Below are positions 25,703 to 37,904 of a stretch of DNA of 64,000 nt, in pieces. Made by a program: the position numbers and the translations under genes. A model generated the notes under the pieces. It was given only the letters and a program-made list of their open reading frames with translations. It was not told the origin of the DNA and did not search any database. Location of the stretch: NCBI GenBank assembly GCA_030324005.1, contig JARDVH010000193.1:36076386-36140385 (forward strand), in the 5' to 3' direction. The DNA is from Negaprion brevirostris (taxonomy: Eukaryota). The stretch's first letter is position 1, and each line of letters starts with the position of its first letter.

Positions 25703-26550
25703 AATAAGGAGAACTTAATTTCAAAAAAGAATTCTCTGTAATTAATTATCTGGTATGGAAATTTGCATCATTAAAACATGTACTTTTTTTGTTTTTCACT
25801 GAACGGAAAATTTTCACCCTCATACTCAGCGTTTTAAATCTGACAACATAGCTGAATTGAGAAATGAAAAACCAATCACTGAGAAAATGCAACTCGCGTT
25901 AAGAGACAGTGCTGTTCAAACACGACTCGCTTTAGGTGAAAACTACATTTATCTTGTACAGCCTTTGGTCATTTCCTTGCCTTTCAATGTCCAATTTTAC
26001 TCCCCCTCCCACACAAAACAACCCAAATTCTCAATGTCATCTATTTTGCTTGTAGTACTGAAGATCCACTTGTCAAATATTTTAGCTCAAGCCCTATTTT
26101 TTGTACATGAGAAACAAACACTAGACATGAAAAACCTTTATAATTTTCACCAATCAAGTAATTAAGGGCCCAGGTGCCAGCTGTTCAGGTCTGTCTGAAT
26201 AATGATGACAGCACAGACTGTGCCCTTCCAAAAGAAAAATACTTGAAATAATACTCACTTATAGCTGTCAATCACTTAGTTATGACCTTGTAGAAAGTAA
26301 ATTCAGGGCAGAAATAAATATTATAAAGGTAAAGCAGCCATTCAAATTTAACATTTTGCTTGCCATCACAAGTCAAACCTTTGTTGTTTTCTCCATTCAG
26401 GCAACTAATTACCTCCTTTACTTCTCTCAGAAATACTCATCACTGCAGAATTTATATTTACACAGTGATCTCACATGTGAAAAAAGTCTGTTAAATGCAT
26501 CATGCATTTTGAACACACCAGAAATCACATCAGTTTCCAAAAGAGCCAAT

Positions 26551-26986
26551 GAGCTGAATTTTACCATGGGCTTCAGAACTCTTCTGTCAGGCCAAAAAGT
26601 GGGCCAGTAGGCCACACTGCCAGCAACAGTACTGACTCATTTATCACAGCTGGCCTCCTAATTGATGTGCAGGCCTGCCATCCATTTAAGAATGGCGTGC
26701 AGGCTCTGATACTGCCAACCTAATGAGGAGACTGGCAGCTCTGAAATCTCAGCAGCCCACTGGGAGAGGAGCTCAAAATGGAAATACCTTGGATAGGCAA
26801 GGGAAACATGAAACTTTCTGGGGGCAAGGGTGGTATGGTTGTGGGATGGAGGGGAATATGTGTTGCTGTGGAGAGATTCCCGCACCCCCCGCCCCCCGCA
26901 TAAAGACAACCTGACATGGTTTCCCAATATTTCACTGGCCCTCTTAGCTCCATTCTTGCCACCCAATAGTTGGTAAAATTCAGCTT
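26551..26986. mobile_element. MITE-like element, probably PIF/Harbinger-related
   Basis: 15-bp TIR AGCTGAATTTTACCA / TGGTAAAATTCAGCT around a GC-richer interior; TIR related to 38137-38263; TSD unclear. Confidence 0.7.
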
Positions 26987-27239
26987 AGTGTTCATGAACC
27001 AGAAGGTAGATTTTCCTGAATAGGGCCAAGTACTGCCAAAAGAGCTGAAAACTATAGACAAAATCCTGCCATTTCCTTATTCTCCATTATAAATTCTCCT
27101 ATCTCTCTTATTAATGCACCCATGTTTACTATCTTTCTATTTACAGACCACAGAAATGTTTAGCTACTGTTCTGATGTTTTTACCAGCTTATGCTATCAA
27201 TTTCTAGTGACAGTGAAGGAATCCAAGGTAGGATTTTAA

Positions 27240-27855
27240 AGCCAGTATTTGTTGCCCATCATTAATTGTCCTCGAGTAGGTGGTGGCAAGCTGCCTTCTT
27301 AAAATCGCTGATGGGAAGGGAGTTCCCGGATTTTGGACGTCAAAACAACTGAACATTTTTATTGGTATAAAAATAGAAAAGGATTTGTGAAAATAAATGT
27401 GGCCCCATTTATGACAAAGGGAGGAGAAATTACAATGGAGAATAAGGAAAAGGCAGAGTATAAATAATTTCAGTCCTGATATTGATCATTATTTATATTT
27501 TATTATTGATATTGATACTGACTTGGTCCCATTTGGGAAAATGCAGCACTTGCTTCACAGTGAAAGCACGTTGTTATAACTTCAGGTCAGGATGGTGTGT
27601 GGTTTGTGGAGATATTGGCATGTGGTAACGTTTCCATGTGTAACCTGTCTTTGCCCTTGTAGATGCTAGAGGTGGTAGGTGAGGAAGAAGGCACGGAGAA
27701 TTGTTGCAGCGCATCTTGCTGACGGTAGACTCAGTCACTATTGGAGGAAGTAAATGTTTATGGTGGTGATTGGGGTACAAAACAACGGTCTGCTGTGTCT
27801 TGGATGGTGTCAAGCTTTGAGTGCTGTTGGAGCTGCACTCACCCAGGCAAATCCT
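27240..27855 (-). mobile_element. Second LINE family fragments, interrupted
   Basis: Collinear with 44690-45250. Confidence 0.6.
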
Positions 27856-28381
27856 CAAGCCTAAATGAATTAAATCTAAAATTCATATCTTAATCTTCAA
27901 ATCACTTCAGGCTATTTATTATCCATATGTCCGCAATCTCTTCAACTCCTGCATCCTCCTACGAGCTCATCTCCTCATTGCTGTCCTATACTACTTGGCC
28001 TTGTTGATGGAACTATCATCCTCATCCCTCCTTTGCCAGTTTTGGGAATTTTCCCAAAATTAATCTGTTTACGATTTTGGCTACCTCACCAAATCTCTCC
28101 AAAGGTGCCATTCCCTTATTTATTTCTTTTCAATGAAACATCATGACTTTCTTTGATGCTACCAGTGCCATATAAATGCTAGTTGCTGTTGTCCAACTAC
28201 TCTTTCTCAGCTGAGAGGTTTTAAGCCAGGGGAAACCAAGAGTACAAAGCACTGGTGTAAAGCAAATGGTCAACATCATGTCCAGTAGTTCCCAGTCTGT
28301 TTGCAATAAGTATTGGTATTGCAGATGCATATCAGAACATCTCAGACCAAATAGTAGGTTTTGATGAAAATTGCATAATGT

Positions 28382-28771
28382 AGAACATAGAACACTACAG
28401 CACAAACAGGCCCTTAGGCCCACAAGTTGCGCCGATCATATCCATACCTAACAGGCCACAGAACTATCTATAACTCCCAATCCCATTAAATCCCATGTAC
28501 TCGTCCAGAAGTCTTTTAAAAGACCCCAGCGAGTCTGCCTCAACCACCACCAACGGCAGCCGATTCCACTCACTCACCACCCTCTGAATGAAAAACTTAC
28601 CCCTGACATCCCCTCTGTACCTGCTCCCCAGCACCTTAAACCTGTGTCCTCTTGTAGCGACCATTTCAGCCCTGAGAAATAGCCTCCGAGAATTCACCCT
28701 ATCTATACCTCTCAACATTTTATAAACCTCTATCAGGTCGCCTCTCAACCTTCGTCTCTCCAGGGAGAAGA
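28382..28771 (-). mobile_element. Relatively young CR1/HER1 3' end
   Basis: ORF 28464..28892 FSLERRRLRGDLIEVYKMLRG...GKFFIQRVVSEWNRLP; tail (agaacat)n. Confidence 0.92.
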
Positions 28772-28871
28772 NNNNNNNNNNNNNNNNNNNNNNNNNNNNN
28801 NNNNNNNNNNNNNNNNNNNNNNNNNNNNNNNNNNNNNNNNNNNNNNNNNNNNNNNNNNNNNNNNNNNNNNN

Positions 28872-29422
28872 TCCACCAGGTACACAGCACATGCTGTAGC
28901 AACTCAGCCAGCTTTCAGAGCGCTCGCTGCTCCTTCGTCAGGCAAGTGGGATTACAGCTAAGAGAACAGTGATCACGACACCACACAACCCTGCCGTAGC
29001 AACCTCTGCAAGATGTGCTGGATCATTGACACAGATGCCTTCATCTCATGTGAGAACATCATCCACCAGGTACACAGTGCATACACTTGCAACTCGGCCA
29101 ACGTTGTCTACCTGATACACTGCAGGAAAGGACGTCCTGAGGCATGGTATGTTGGAGAGACCATGCAGACACAATGACAATGGATAAATAAACACTGCTC
29201 GACAATCACCAGGCAAGAGTGTTTTCTTCCTGTTGGGGAACACTTCAGCGGCAAAGACTCGCATTGTAATCAGTATTCTGTAAACTGTGTGCACCTTTAT
29301 ATGCCCTGTTTGTGATCAGAACTCCCCACTCACCTGATGCAGGAGCAGCACTTCGAAAGCTAGTGGCTTTTGCTACCAAATAAACTGTTGAACTTTAACC
29401 TGGTGTTGTGAGACTTCTTACT
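28872..29422 (+). mobile_element. Penelope-like element: inverted pLTR piece, Cys-rich linker, GIY-YIG N-terminus, pLTR
   Basis: Translates PCRSNLCKMC...TCNSANVVYLIHCRKGRPEAWYVGET; internal deletion near 29252; hammerhead motifs on both strands. Confidence 0.88.
29331..29365 (+). ncRNA. Decayed minimal type I hammerhead ribozyme motif in Penelope pLTR
   Basis: CAC-CUGAUGC-A-GGAG(CAGCA)CUUC-GAAA-GC-UA-GUG; one core mismatch to CUGANGA. Confidence 0.6.
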
Positions 29423-29429
29423 ACACTAT

Positions 29430-29790
29430 TTTTGCCCTCCTGTGCAGCAGAGCCAGCCATGGTGCTATGAACTTGGCTGCTCCTGGATAAGCCATCTCCC
29501 CCAAAATGGTATATCTGGAGGGAGATGCCCACCTCTGCACTGCCTTCCTACTCTTCCTCTGTCTGGTGGTCACTCATTCTCTATCTATCCTCAGTAATTT
29601 TTATCTGAAGTGTGACCAACTCACTTTTTGTGCTACCCACAACTCACAAAATGAATCCATTTGCAGCTCCAGAGCCATCAAGCAATCTACCAAGAGCTGC
29701 AGTTGGACACACTTCTTGCACTTGAAAGAGCTAAGGACACAGGAAGAATCCCTGAATTCCCATATCACACAAGAGGAATATGACATGGGT
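29430..29790 (-). mobile_element. CR1 ORF1 fragment (zinc finger/leucine zipper region)
   Basis: ORF 29601..29786 SSCVIWE...CKKCVQLQLLVDCLMALELQMD. Confidence 0.7.
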
Positions 29791-30164
29791 CAAGGGTCTG
29801 GGATCCCCTGCCAGTTAGAGGGAACCATCAATCTGGTCCAGATCCTGGGGTCACAACATCCCATGTAGGGAAAATCCAGCTTCTTATTTTCCATGCTGGA
29901 TAAGGCCTGGGGTGGGATGGTATGACCACATTGCTCTCGTTTTGTCCTATGCTTTAACTTTTTTGTAGTTTGCGAAGGATATTGAGGAGCAAAAAATCTA
30001 GCACAAGATGAATTCTGGATTCTTTGGTCTAATAGTAGTCAAGCTCAGATACTCTAATCATGAAAGTATTGGTTCAACTTTCTATCCATGTAATTCCTGT
30101 TTTTTTTTTATTTTGGTTTTATATGGCTTCATTTGAATGTGAAGTAAGAACAGGGAATGCATTT

Positions 30165-30447
30165 GTGACACAAGTAGGCTTACATTAACACTGCAATGAG
30201 GTTGCTGCGAAAATCCCCTCGTTGCCACTTTCTGGCACCTGTTTGGGTACACCTGAGGGAGAATTTAGCACGACCAATGCACCTAACCAATATGTCTTTT
30301 GGACTGTGGGTGGAAACTGGAGCACCCGGGGGAAACCTGCTCACTGGGAGTAAGTGCAGACTCCGCATAGACAGTGACCCAAGCTGGGAATCAAACCCAG
30401 GTCCCTGGCGCTGTGAGGCAGCAGTGCTAACCACTGTGCTGCTCTGC
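30165..30447 (-). mobile_element. HE1-like V-SINE with alternative tail (type B)
   Basis: Same head and core as type A; tail ...cattgcagtgttaatgtaagcctacttgtg. Confidence 0.88.
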
Positions 30448-31287
30448 ATTTGCATCACTAAAAGAGAAAAGAAAGATTATTGCTTAATTGTGACCCAGTT
30501 TCTTTTTGCAGGCCAGTTTTGCTTTTAACCCTTTAAACAGTGTTATATCTGTCTCCATTCTCATTAGCACAAAATCTATTTTTCAATGCAATAGAATCCA
30601 TTCAATGCATATATTTCACTCTCTGGCTCTTACAGCTGTGATTAGTTCATCTTGAACATAAAAAGTATTTCTCTTTAATAAACCACTACATCACTCTTAA
30701 AGCTGCATATCATATGAGTTTTGAATTAATGAGGTATGTACATAAATCAGACATGATTTTGAAACATTAATTTAGTATCTAAGTACTTATTATAACTTGT
30801 CACTGGCTTAATTAATTAAGGATATCATTGTATCCTTTTCACTATCTGCAGTCATTTACCATACTAAATATATAACATAAGCAACAGTCTATCATCTAAT
30901 TTTGCTATCTTGGTAATTAACATTCGGTAGAATCAAACCTCTGTCATTCTAATGTTTCATTGCTCTTCTACGATACTTCAAATTTTGCAATCACCATGAC
31001 GGGAGCATGATCTAATTCAGTGACAAATCACTTCAACTGGTACAGTTCAGAAACACCATTATGATTCAGGAAACCGAGGAGACTGGAATGCTTTTTAATA
31101 CTACAGTTACCCACCATTACCATCATGTGTGCTCTGCCCAAAGGAAAGTCTTTCTTTCCATGTCTCTCCACCTTATTTGCCATAATATCCTTCAAATTTG
31201 AAGCCATCCAGCATTGATATTCTCTTCCTTACACTTCCTCATTTTGCTTGAAATCTTCCCTCAACATTTCTTCAGCAAACTGAATCT

Positions 31288-31488
31288 GGCGCCGGAGTGT
31301 GGCAACTTCTTGCAAGCTGTGCCCAGCATAACCTCTAATTCTATCTTCTACTCTTTTTCTCTGCTTTTAAAACTCTATTGTCTTTTACTACATTTTGCAC
31401 ATTCTCCTTCTCTGTGCAGTATGCTTTGTCTGTATCACATACAAGAAACACTATATATTAATACATGCAACAATAATAAATCAAATCA
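31288..31488 (+). mobile_element. Short Rex1-type non-autonomous element
   Basis: Begins ggcgccggagtgtggcaact and ends with the Rex1-type 3' UTR and aataataaatcaaatc. Confidence 0.65.
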
Positions 31489-33687
31489 TCTCTTCCAAAT
31501 CCTTTCCTTCTTAAGATGTGCCTTACCCAGTCCTCCTGCCTTTTTCCAATCACATGCAAAAATATCTTTGTTCATTCACTCTCCACAGCAATTGTTACTT
31601 TCTCCTGCTCAACTGATCCTTTCCATTCTCCAAATCCAACAAACCTATTTAGCAAGTTGACCAGCTCTTGCCATAAGGTCCAAGGTCGACAAAGTAAAAT
31701 AATATTGCCTATAAAAAGGTGATTGGATAATTGTGCTTTTATCTGATGCCGGTGAAAGTTCTTCAACTTCCTAAAAGAGCTTCAGTGTTCCTTGCTGCAC
31801 GAAATGAATGAGTGCTGGGCTCAGTTTAAGAATAAAAATTTAACTAAGTGCAATGCTGTTATGCAGCTTCTATTAACAACATTTAACGTTGACATTTTTG
31901 GCCCAAATCTCATATTTGCCCCATTGTCTTAGATTCCTATGAAGGAATAACTCTGGTTTCAATCCATTTTATTCTGCTTGACCTGAAGGTAAGGCTGTTA
32001 ATTTTATTAGCAGCATTCTGACTTTCATATGTGAAAATGAATCTAAGTTTTTCAATAGCTATCCGGTTACTGTAGTAGTCCATATTGGCTTTAGAATTAC
32101 CCTGTTTTGGCTTTGCACGTGCACTGTGCCTCTATGGTATAAATTTAGTGTTGAGGTTTGAGCTGGATTTATAGCACACAGCAGTGATCAAGGGAGTCTA
32201 GCATTGTTTCCTTATGGGGTTCATTTGTATTCTTTACTCCAAATTCTATCTGTTTTGACTGTAATGTGATACTGCTCTACACTGTTCACATTAATAGTGC
32301 AAAATGCACCATAAATAATAGTCCTGTACAGTCAGTAACATGTGTAGTGAAAATGTCAATCTCCCGTGGCCGCCTTCCAAACATTCTCTGCAAATCATTC
32401 AACTTCATATAGAAAGTTGTGCATTTTAATGAAAACATGTAAAATTGACGGGAAATTTCAATTTATGCAAGACGGGATGAATGTCGGAAAAACAGCATCA
32501 CAGCATAGGTGATGGAGGAATAGAGTGGCGGAATGAAGAACTGGATATGTGAAGATTGCTTGTGAAAATTAAAATATCTTCACATGAGGGATAGCATGTT
32601 GATGAAGTGAAGGGGGGGTGGGAGGGGAGCAAGGATGGAATACTCAGGAAATCCAGAATCAAGTTTCAAGGGCACAAGGCAACATCTCATAAGACAAAGA
32701 AAGACCTGTTATAATACTCAGGAGTCTTGCTGACATACCTTTTTGCTACATAAAACTATTGCTGGTAGCAATGTTCGTCTCTTTCCAGTGGCTCAATGAT
32801 TATTGCAAAATACAAACTCTGGAAATATCAGGTCAGGCAACTTTCTTGAGAAAGGGAAACAGGTAATGCTTCATTCTAGTGACCTTTCATCTATCTTTTC
32901 TGCCTTCACAGAAGTTGCCTGGCATTTTGAGTCTTTCCAATTTATTTCAGACTTCCACAGTATCAAAATGATATCCAAAATGATAATTGTATCAATTATC
33001 ATTTGTGAATTGTTCTCATCAGCTGACTGGGTGGGGAAAATGAACGCATTTCAACATGCAAAGTTTTCCCTGATGATTAATCTAGTGCATCCTCCAGTTT
33101 TAACAACCCACCATTGGTGATGATGCTGTCAGCCACTCTTGGCCCTAAGCTTTGGAATTCTTTCCCTTAAATTTTCCACCTCTCTAGCTTTCCCTCTTCC
33201 TCAAAGGACTCCTTTAGATATATTTGTTTGATCATCTGCCATGATCTCTCCTTATCTGGCTCAGTGTAGTGCATTCATTTTTACTATGTTAAAGGTAGCA
33301 TCACATCAGTATGCCCAAATCGACTTGTTTTTAATTTGAACAATACTGAAAGGAAGTCTAGTTCCATTTGATATCACAAATAGAAAAGTTAATTAAGTAT
33401 GCATTGTTCACACTTGCCAAATTGTGTCTTCTTGAAAAGAGATGAAATTGTTCCAGTTCACTTGCAACAGATAATGCACCAAGTTGTTCTTGCATGAAAA
33501 TTTAAAATATTAGAGCTAACTTAAATGCAACAATTTGCACATTCTCATCTTGACAGAAGCAAAGACGAGCAGACCATGTGTTTCACCACAAGTGCTTTAA
33601 AGGATACTATGATTTAAAAGTGACTGAATTTTCAAAAGTCCCAAAACAGGACTGCTTGAAGTGATGGCTGATAACTGTACTTACTCT

Positions 33688-34007
33688 AATCATAAAAGCT
33701 ACAGTGCAGAAGGAGGCCATTTGGCCCATCAAGTTTGCACTGACCACAATTCCAACCAGGCCCTATTCCTATAGCCCCTCATTTTTACCCTGCTAATCAC
33801 CCTGACACTAGGGTAAATTTAACATGGCCATTCATCCTAACTCGCACATCTTTGGACTGTGGGAGGAAACCAGAGCACTGGAAGAAACCCACGCAGACAC
33901 CGGGAGAATGTACAAATTCCACACAGACAGTGACCCGAAGCTGGAATTGAACCCTGGTCCCTGGCGCTGTGAGACAGCAATGCTCACTACTGTGCCACTA
34001 TGCTGCC
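33688..34007 (-). mobile_element. Full-length HE1 type A
   Basis: Reverse complement of the 6729-7053 type. Confidence 0.9.
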
Positions 34008-35116
34008 CAAAATTGTTATGTATCTCTAGTGATGCTTTTTTCTAAGTAGGATATTTACAAGTTATTCTTAAATGATCAGATTTATATATCCAACCTATAT
34101 CCATCAATAAATTGTTCCAAATATTTTTGTAATATTCCTGAAATCTAGTAATTAGAACATGGCAATAATGGGATAAGATGTGAGTTATTTTGCTGAAACA
34201 TATTCAATTGTTACTTGGTAACTTAAGTTGAGTTACTCGAGGAAGATAAAACTAATTTCCTTTCTGTGGCTCGCTTTCTATGTAATGGATATATGAGCAA
34301 TTTATCTGATTAAGGAACAGAATAGTGGTAGATGTTTGGGGAGATAGTTTATTCACATACTACTAATGCAGAGCACTCAGATTTCTGAATTAAGAAAGGA
34401 AGCTTGGGAATGTAAATAATTCATCAGAAGCATCAGGTGTGTCTATGTTTGAGTGAACATTTTTGCAATCTGCTAATCCTTCAAATTGTCTTGTGAGGTT
34501 GGGTAGAATTTCCTTAAATTGTTCAAACTGCATTGGATTAAACATTTTTAAAACAATGCGATGATAGGAAAGTGATATTTTAATACCATTGTTGAGGTAA
34601 GAAAGCATATCAAGATCTTCCAAGACAAGTGTGTATTTACTTTTGCAATGTGTAAAAGTACAGATGGAATCCAACCACATATTTATTTTGAAAACAAATG
34701 TGTGTGTCATGAAAACTACCTTTTTGTTTCTGAATTGGGAACCGCAGTTTATCAGAAATATTATTAGAATAGAGCAGCCTGGTCACAAGACCTACATATC
34801 CAGTACATGAAAAAGTAACCAGAGTAAGCCACGTAACCTCTTGATCCTGCTCTGCCATTCATAGGTTGTAAGGGCCATTAGTGAATCAGTTAAGTTTTGA
34901 CAGCAATCTAATAGCATTAGTTTGTTTCCAGATTTTGCAACCTTAATTCAAATTCTCAAACCATTCAATTGGGTTTGAACTTGTGACACCAGTCCATGAA
35001 CCACTGTACTAATTAATATTAATTGTATACCCTGCTGGACCCTTTTATCTTTTAGAGCAAATGAAGCTGAAAGTCTTTTCAATTATGCCTTTGGATCGCT
35101 CACTCATCCCCATTAA

Positions 35117-35330
35117 GATAGAATCATAGAATCCTACAGTACAGAAGAAGGCCATTCGGCCCATCAACTCCGCACTAACCACAATCCCACCCAGGCCCTA
35201 TCCCCATAACCCCATGCATTTAACCCAGCTAGTCCCCCTGACGCTAAGGAGAAATTTAGCATGGCCAATCCACTAATCCGCATATCTTTGGACTGTGGGA
35301 GGAAAGCGGAGCACCCGGAAGAAACCCAGA
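35117..35330 (-). mobile_element. 5'-truncated HE1 type A
   Basis: atagaatcatagaatcctacag tail and V core. Confidence 0.85.
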
Positions 35331-35867
35331 AGATATCTCTGTCTATATGTGACTATATGGTGTTATGTAGATATATATGTATCTATAGATAACCTCTGTT
35401 GTTGTTGAATGTGCTATAAGTTTGTATGCTATTACCAGATGGTACAACTTCCCTTCTTGAAGTTTTTTGCAACTTAACAGTTTTGCAGACCTTTGCTCCA
35501 TCGACAAGTACGCCAGGTTATATTCCAGTCTCCTCTCCAACTGTATGTGTGCATTCAGCAGTGTTTTGATTCTATAATTAAAGTGCAGTGGATGGTTGTA
35601 AATCTGAACCGCGAGCATGATACCCTTTTTGTCTCTGATTCAAGGTCATCAACACTCAAAGTCTGGAATGAATATAATCCAAAGTTACAACAATCAGCGC
35701 AATGCGTTAAAACTTTTGAATGCGCTTCAATTGGTCAATGCAAAATGTACATGGTGTTTATAATGATTTAGCAAGCCCTAGAATTCAAACAAATGGGCAC
35801 ATTGGGGTAAACAGCAAGCTGGGATGCACTTGGCAAAGAGCAGACCATAGCTGACATGGCCCGTTTT

Positions 35868-36171
35868 AAGTTTATTTATTTGTCTCACAAGTAGGCTTAC
35901 ATTAACACTGCAATGAAGTTACTGTGAAAAGTCCTTAGTCGCCACATTCCAGCACTTGTTCAGATACACTGAGGGAGAATCTAGCATGGTCAATGCACCT
36001 AACCAGCACGTCTTTCGGACTGTGGGAGGAAACCGGAGCATCCAGAGGAAACCCACGCAGACACAGAGAGAACATGCAGACTTCACACAGAGAATGACCC
36101 GAGCCGGGAGTCGAACGCGGATCCCTGGTGATGTAAGGAAGCAATGCGAACCACTGTGCCACCGTGCCACC
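35868..36171 (-). mobile_element. Full-length V-SINE type B
   Basis: Head ggtggcacggtggcacagtgg, B box gttcgactc, tail aataaataaactt. Confidence 0.9.
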
Positions 36172-36659
36172 CGTGGTGGGGGTGGGGGTAAAGTAGCAAC
36201 CAATAAAAAAGCTTGGCAGTTTTTCCTTTTTCCAGAGCATTCCTTTCCATGAATATGCCAGCATGTCCCGATGATGGATTTGGTGTGGCTGCAGCAATGT
36301 CAAGATGGACTTGCCAAGTTTACCCACTCCAACAGCAGGTATACTCATTGTTGGGTCTCCCCAACATCTTGCCTTCTCTAACCTGTGATGGTTGCTTTGG
36401 CATTTCTTCCATCAGTTTTTTAAAACAGCAACTCAAATCGTGAAATAGCTTTGCCTAAACGTTTGTTTAAAGAGCAGGTCTCGAGCCATAAATTTTCTCC
36501 AAAGAAGAAGGAATTTTACTTGGCCTCACACCGTTCCTGTTTTGGTAAACATTGGGTGCTTCAAGATGTAGGGGTGCACTGCAAATGGATTTGGACACCT
36601 TTGTTGTATTATCGAATTGGAAATATAAACTTTGATTGGCTGTGTGACTAGAGCACTAT

Positions 36660-37325
36660 TGGACATGCCGTTCTGGAGATTTGACCTCTGCTCCCTCAAG
36701 TGGGTGCAAAAAGACACGATAGTGCTATTTAAAAAAAAGCACACCCCAGTGCTTTTGCCAAATTTTGTCCCTCTACCAGCACCTTGAACAGATAATCTGG
36801 TGATATATCTCAATGCTGTCCATGGGAGTTCGCTATGTGCAAAATGGCTGCTGTGCTTCCATCGGTAGTGTGACGGTGCAGTGATTAGCACTGCTGCCTC
36901 ACGGTGCCAGGGTTCGATTTCCAGCTTGGGTCACTGTCTGTGTGGAGTCTGCACATTCTCCCCGTGGGTTTCCTCCGGGTGCTGTGGCTTCCTTCCACAG
37001 TCTGAAAGACGTGCTGGGTTAGGCTCAATGGCCATGCTAAATTCTCCCTCAGTATATCCGAACAGGGATCGGAGTGTGGTGACTCGGGGATTTTCACAGC
37101 AACTTAGAACATAGAACATTACAGCGCAGTACAGGCCCTTTGGCCCTTAATGTTTCACCGACAAGTGGAACCAACCTAATGACCCTCTACCATACACTTC
37201 ACTGCAATGTTAATGTAACCCTCTTTGTAACTAATAAATAAACTAAACTACAATGGTGACTTCATTGGTTGGAAAGAACCTTTGGGATAACCTCAGCGGT
37301 GGAAGACACCATTTCTTTCCTTCCC
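36660..37325 (+). mobile_element. DeuSINE host element split by nested insertions
   Basis: Deu core up to gcaaaatggctgctgtgcttcc (about 36860), resuming at ctacaatggtgacttcattgg (about 37248). Confidence 0.65.
36863..37247 (+). mobile_element. V-SINE type B containing a CR1 tail insertion (about 37106-37195, minus)
   Basis: Type B tail interrupted at aactt by agaacatagaacattacagcgcagtacaggccc...; resumes acttcactgcaatg. Confidence 0.85.
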
Positions 37326-37904
37326 TTTAGATGTTTTTCTTCTCCGTATGAGGCGACTCCAAGGTTTGGAGTACAGTTAAGCTCAATTCATGGCACAGTT
37401 TGTTACCATTGCTCAAACCACTGATGTCCGTAAGGAGAATTTGATCCTGTCCACCTTCTGTCCGCAAAAGGGAGGGAGGGGGGCGGCAATCAAAATCTAT
37501 CTGTGCACCCGGAAAAGTTGATCTCTGTGGGTTCAAGAAAGAACAATAGTAAATAAAGATTTTAGAATAAATGTGTAAGATGGATTATGTTTAACTCAGC
37601 CAAGTGTTAAATTGGGTCTCCAGCGTCCAGCCAAACTATTAGAAATGCTTTACTGCCGCTCATAAATTCAGATTTGACTAAAAGCCATTAAAGAAACATT
37701 CTTTGCTCTGCAGTTCTTGAACAAATGAATAATCCAACATCTTTTGCTGATTTCAAAGGTGAGGAATGTTAACTCTTTATCCGCCTCAGCACATTTTACC
37801 TGAACTGTTGCTGTTGGGGAGATATCTCGGCATTTTTTTGTGACCTGTAGCCCGTTTCTTTCTCCCCGCTACCATTACTCTATTACTCAACCTAGTTCAG
37901 GTCA

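Noticed and set aside
35919-36348. Cluster of overlapping ORFs (also near 30180, 33824, 43473 and 57275)
   Set aside because: Chance translations of GC-rich SINE copies.
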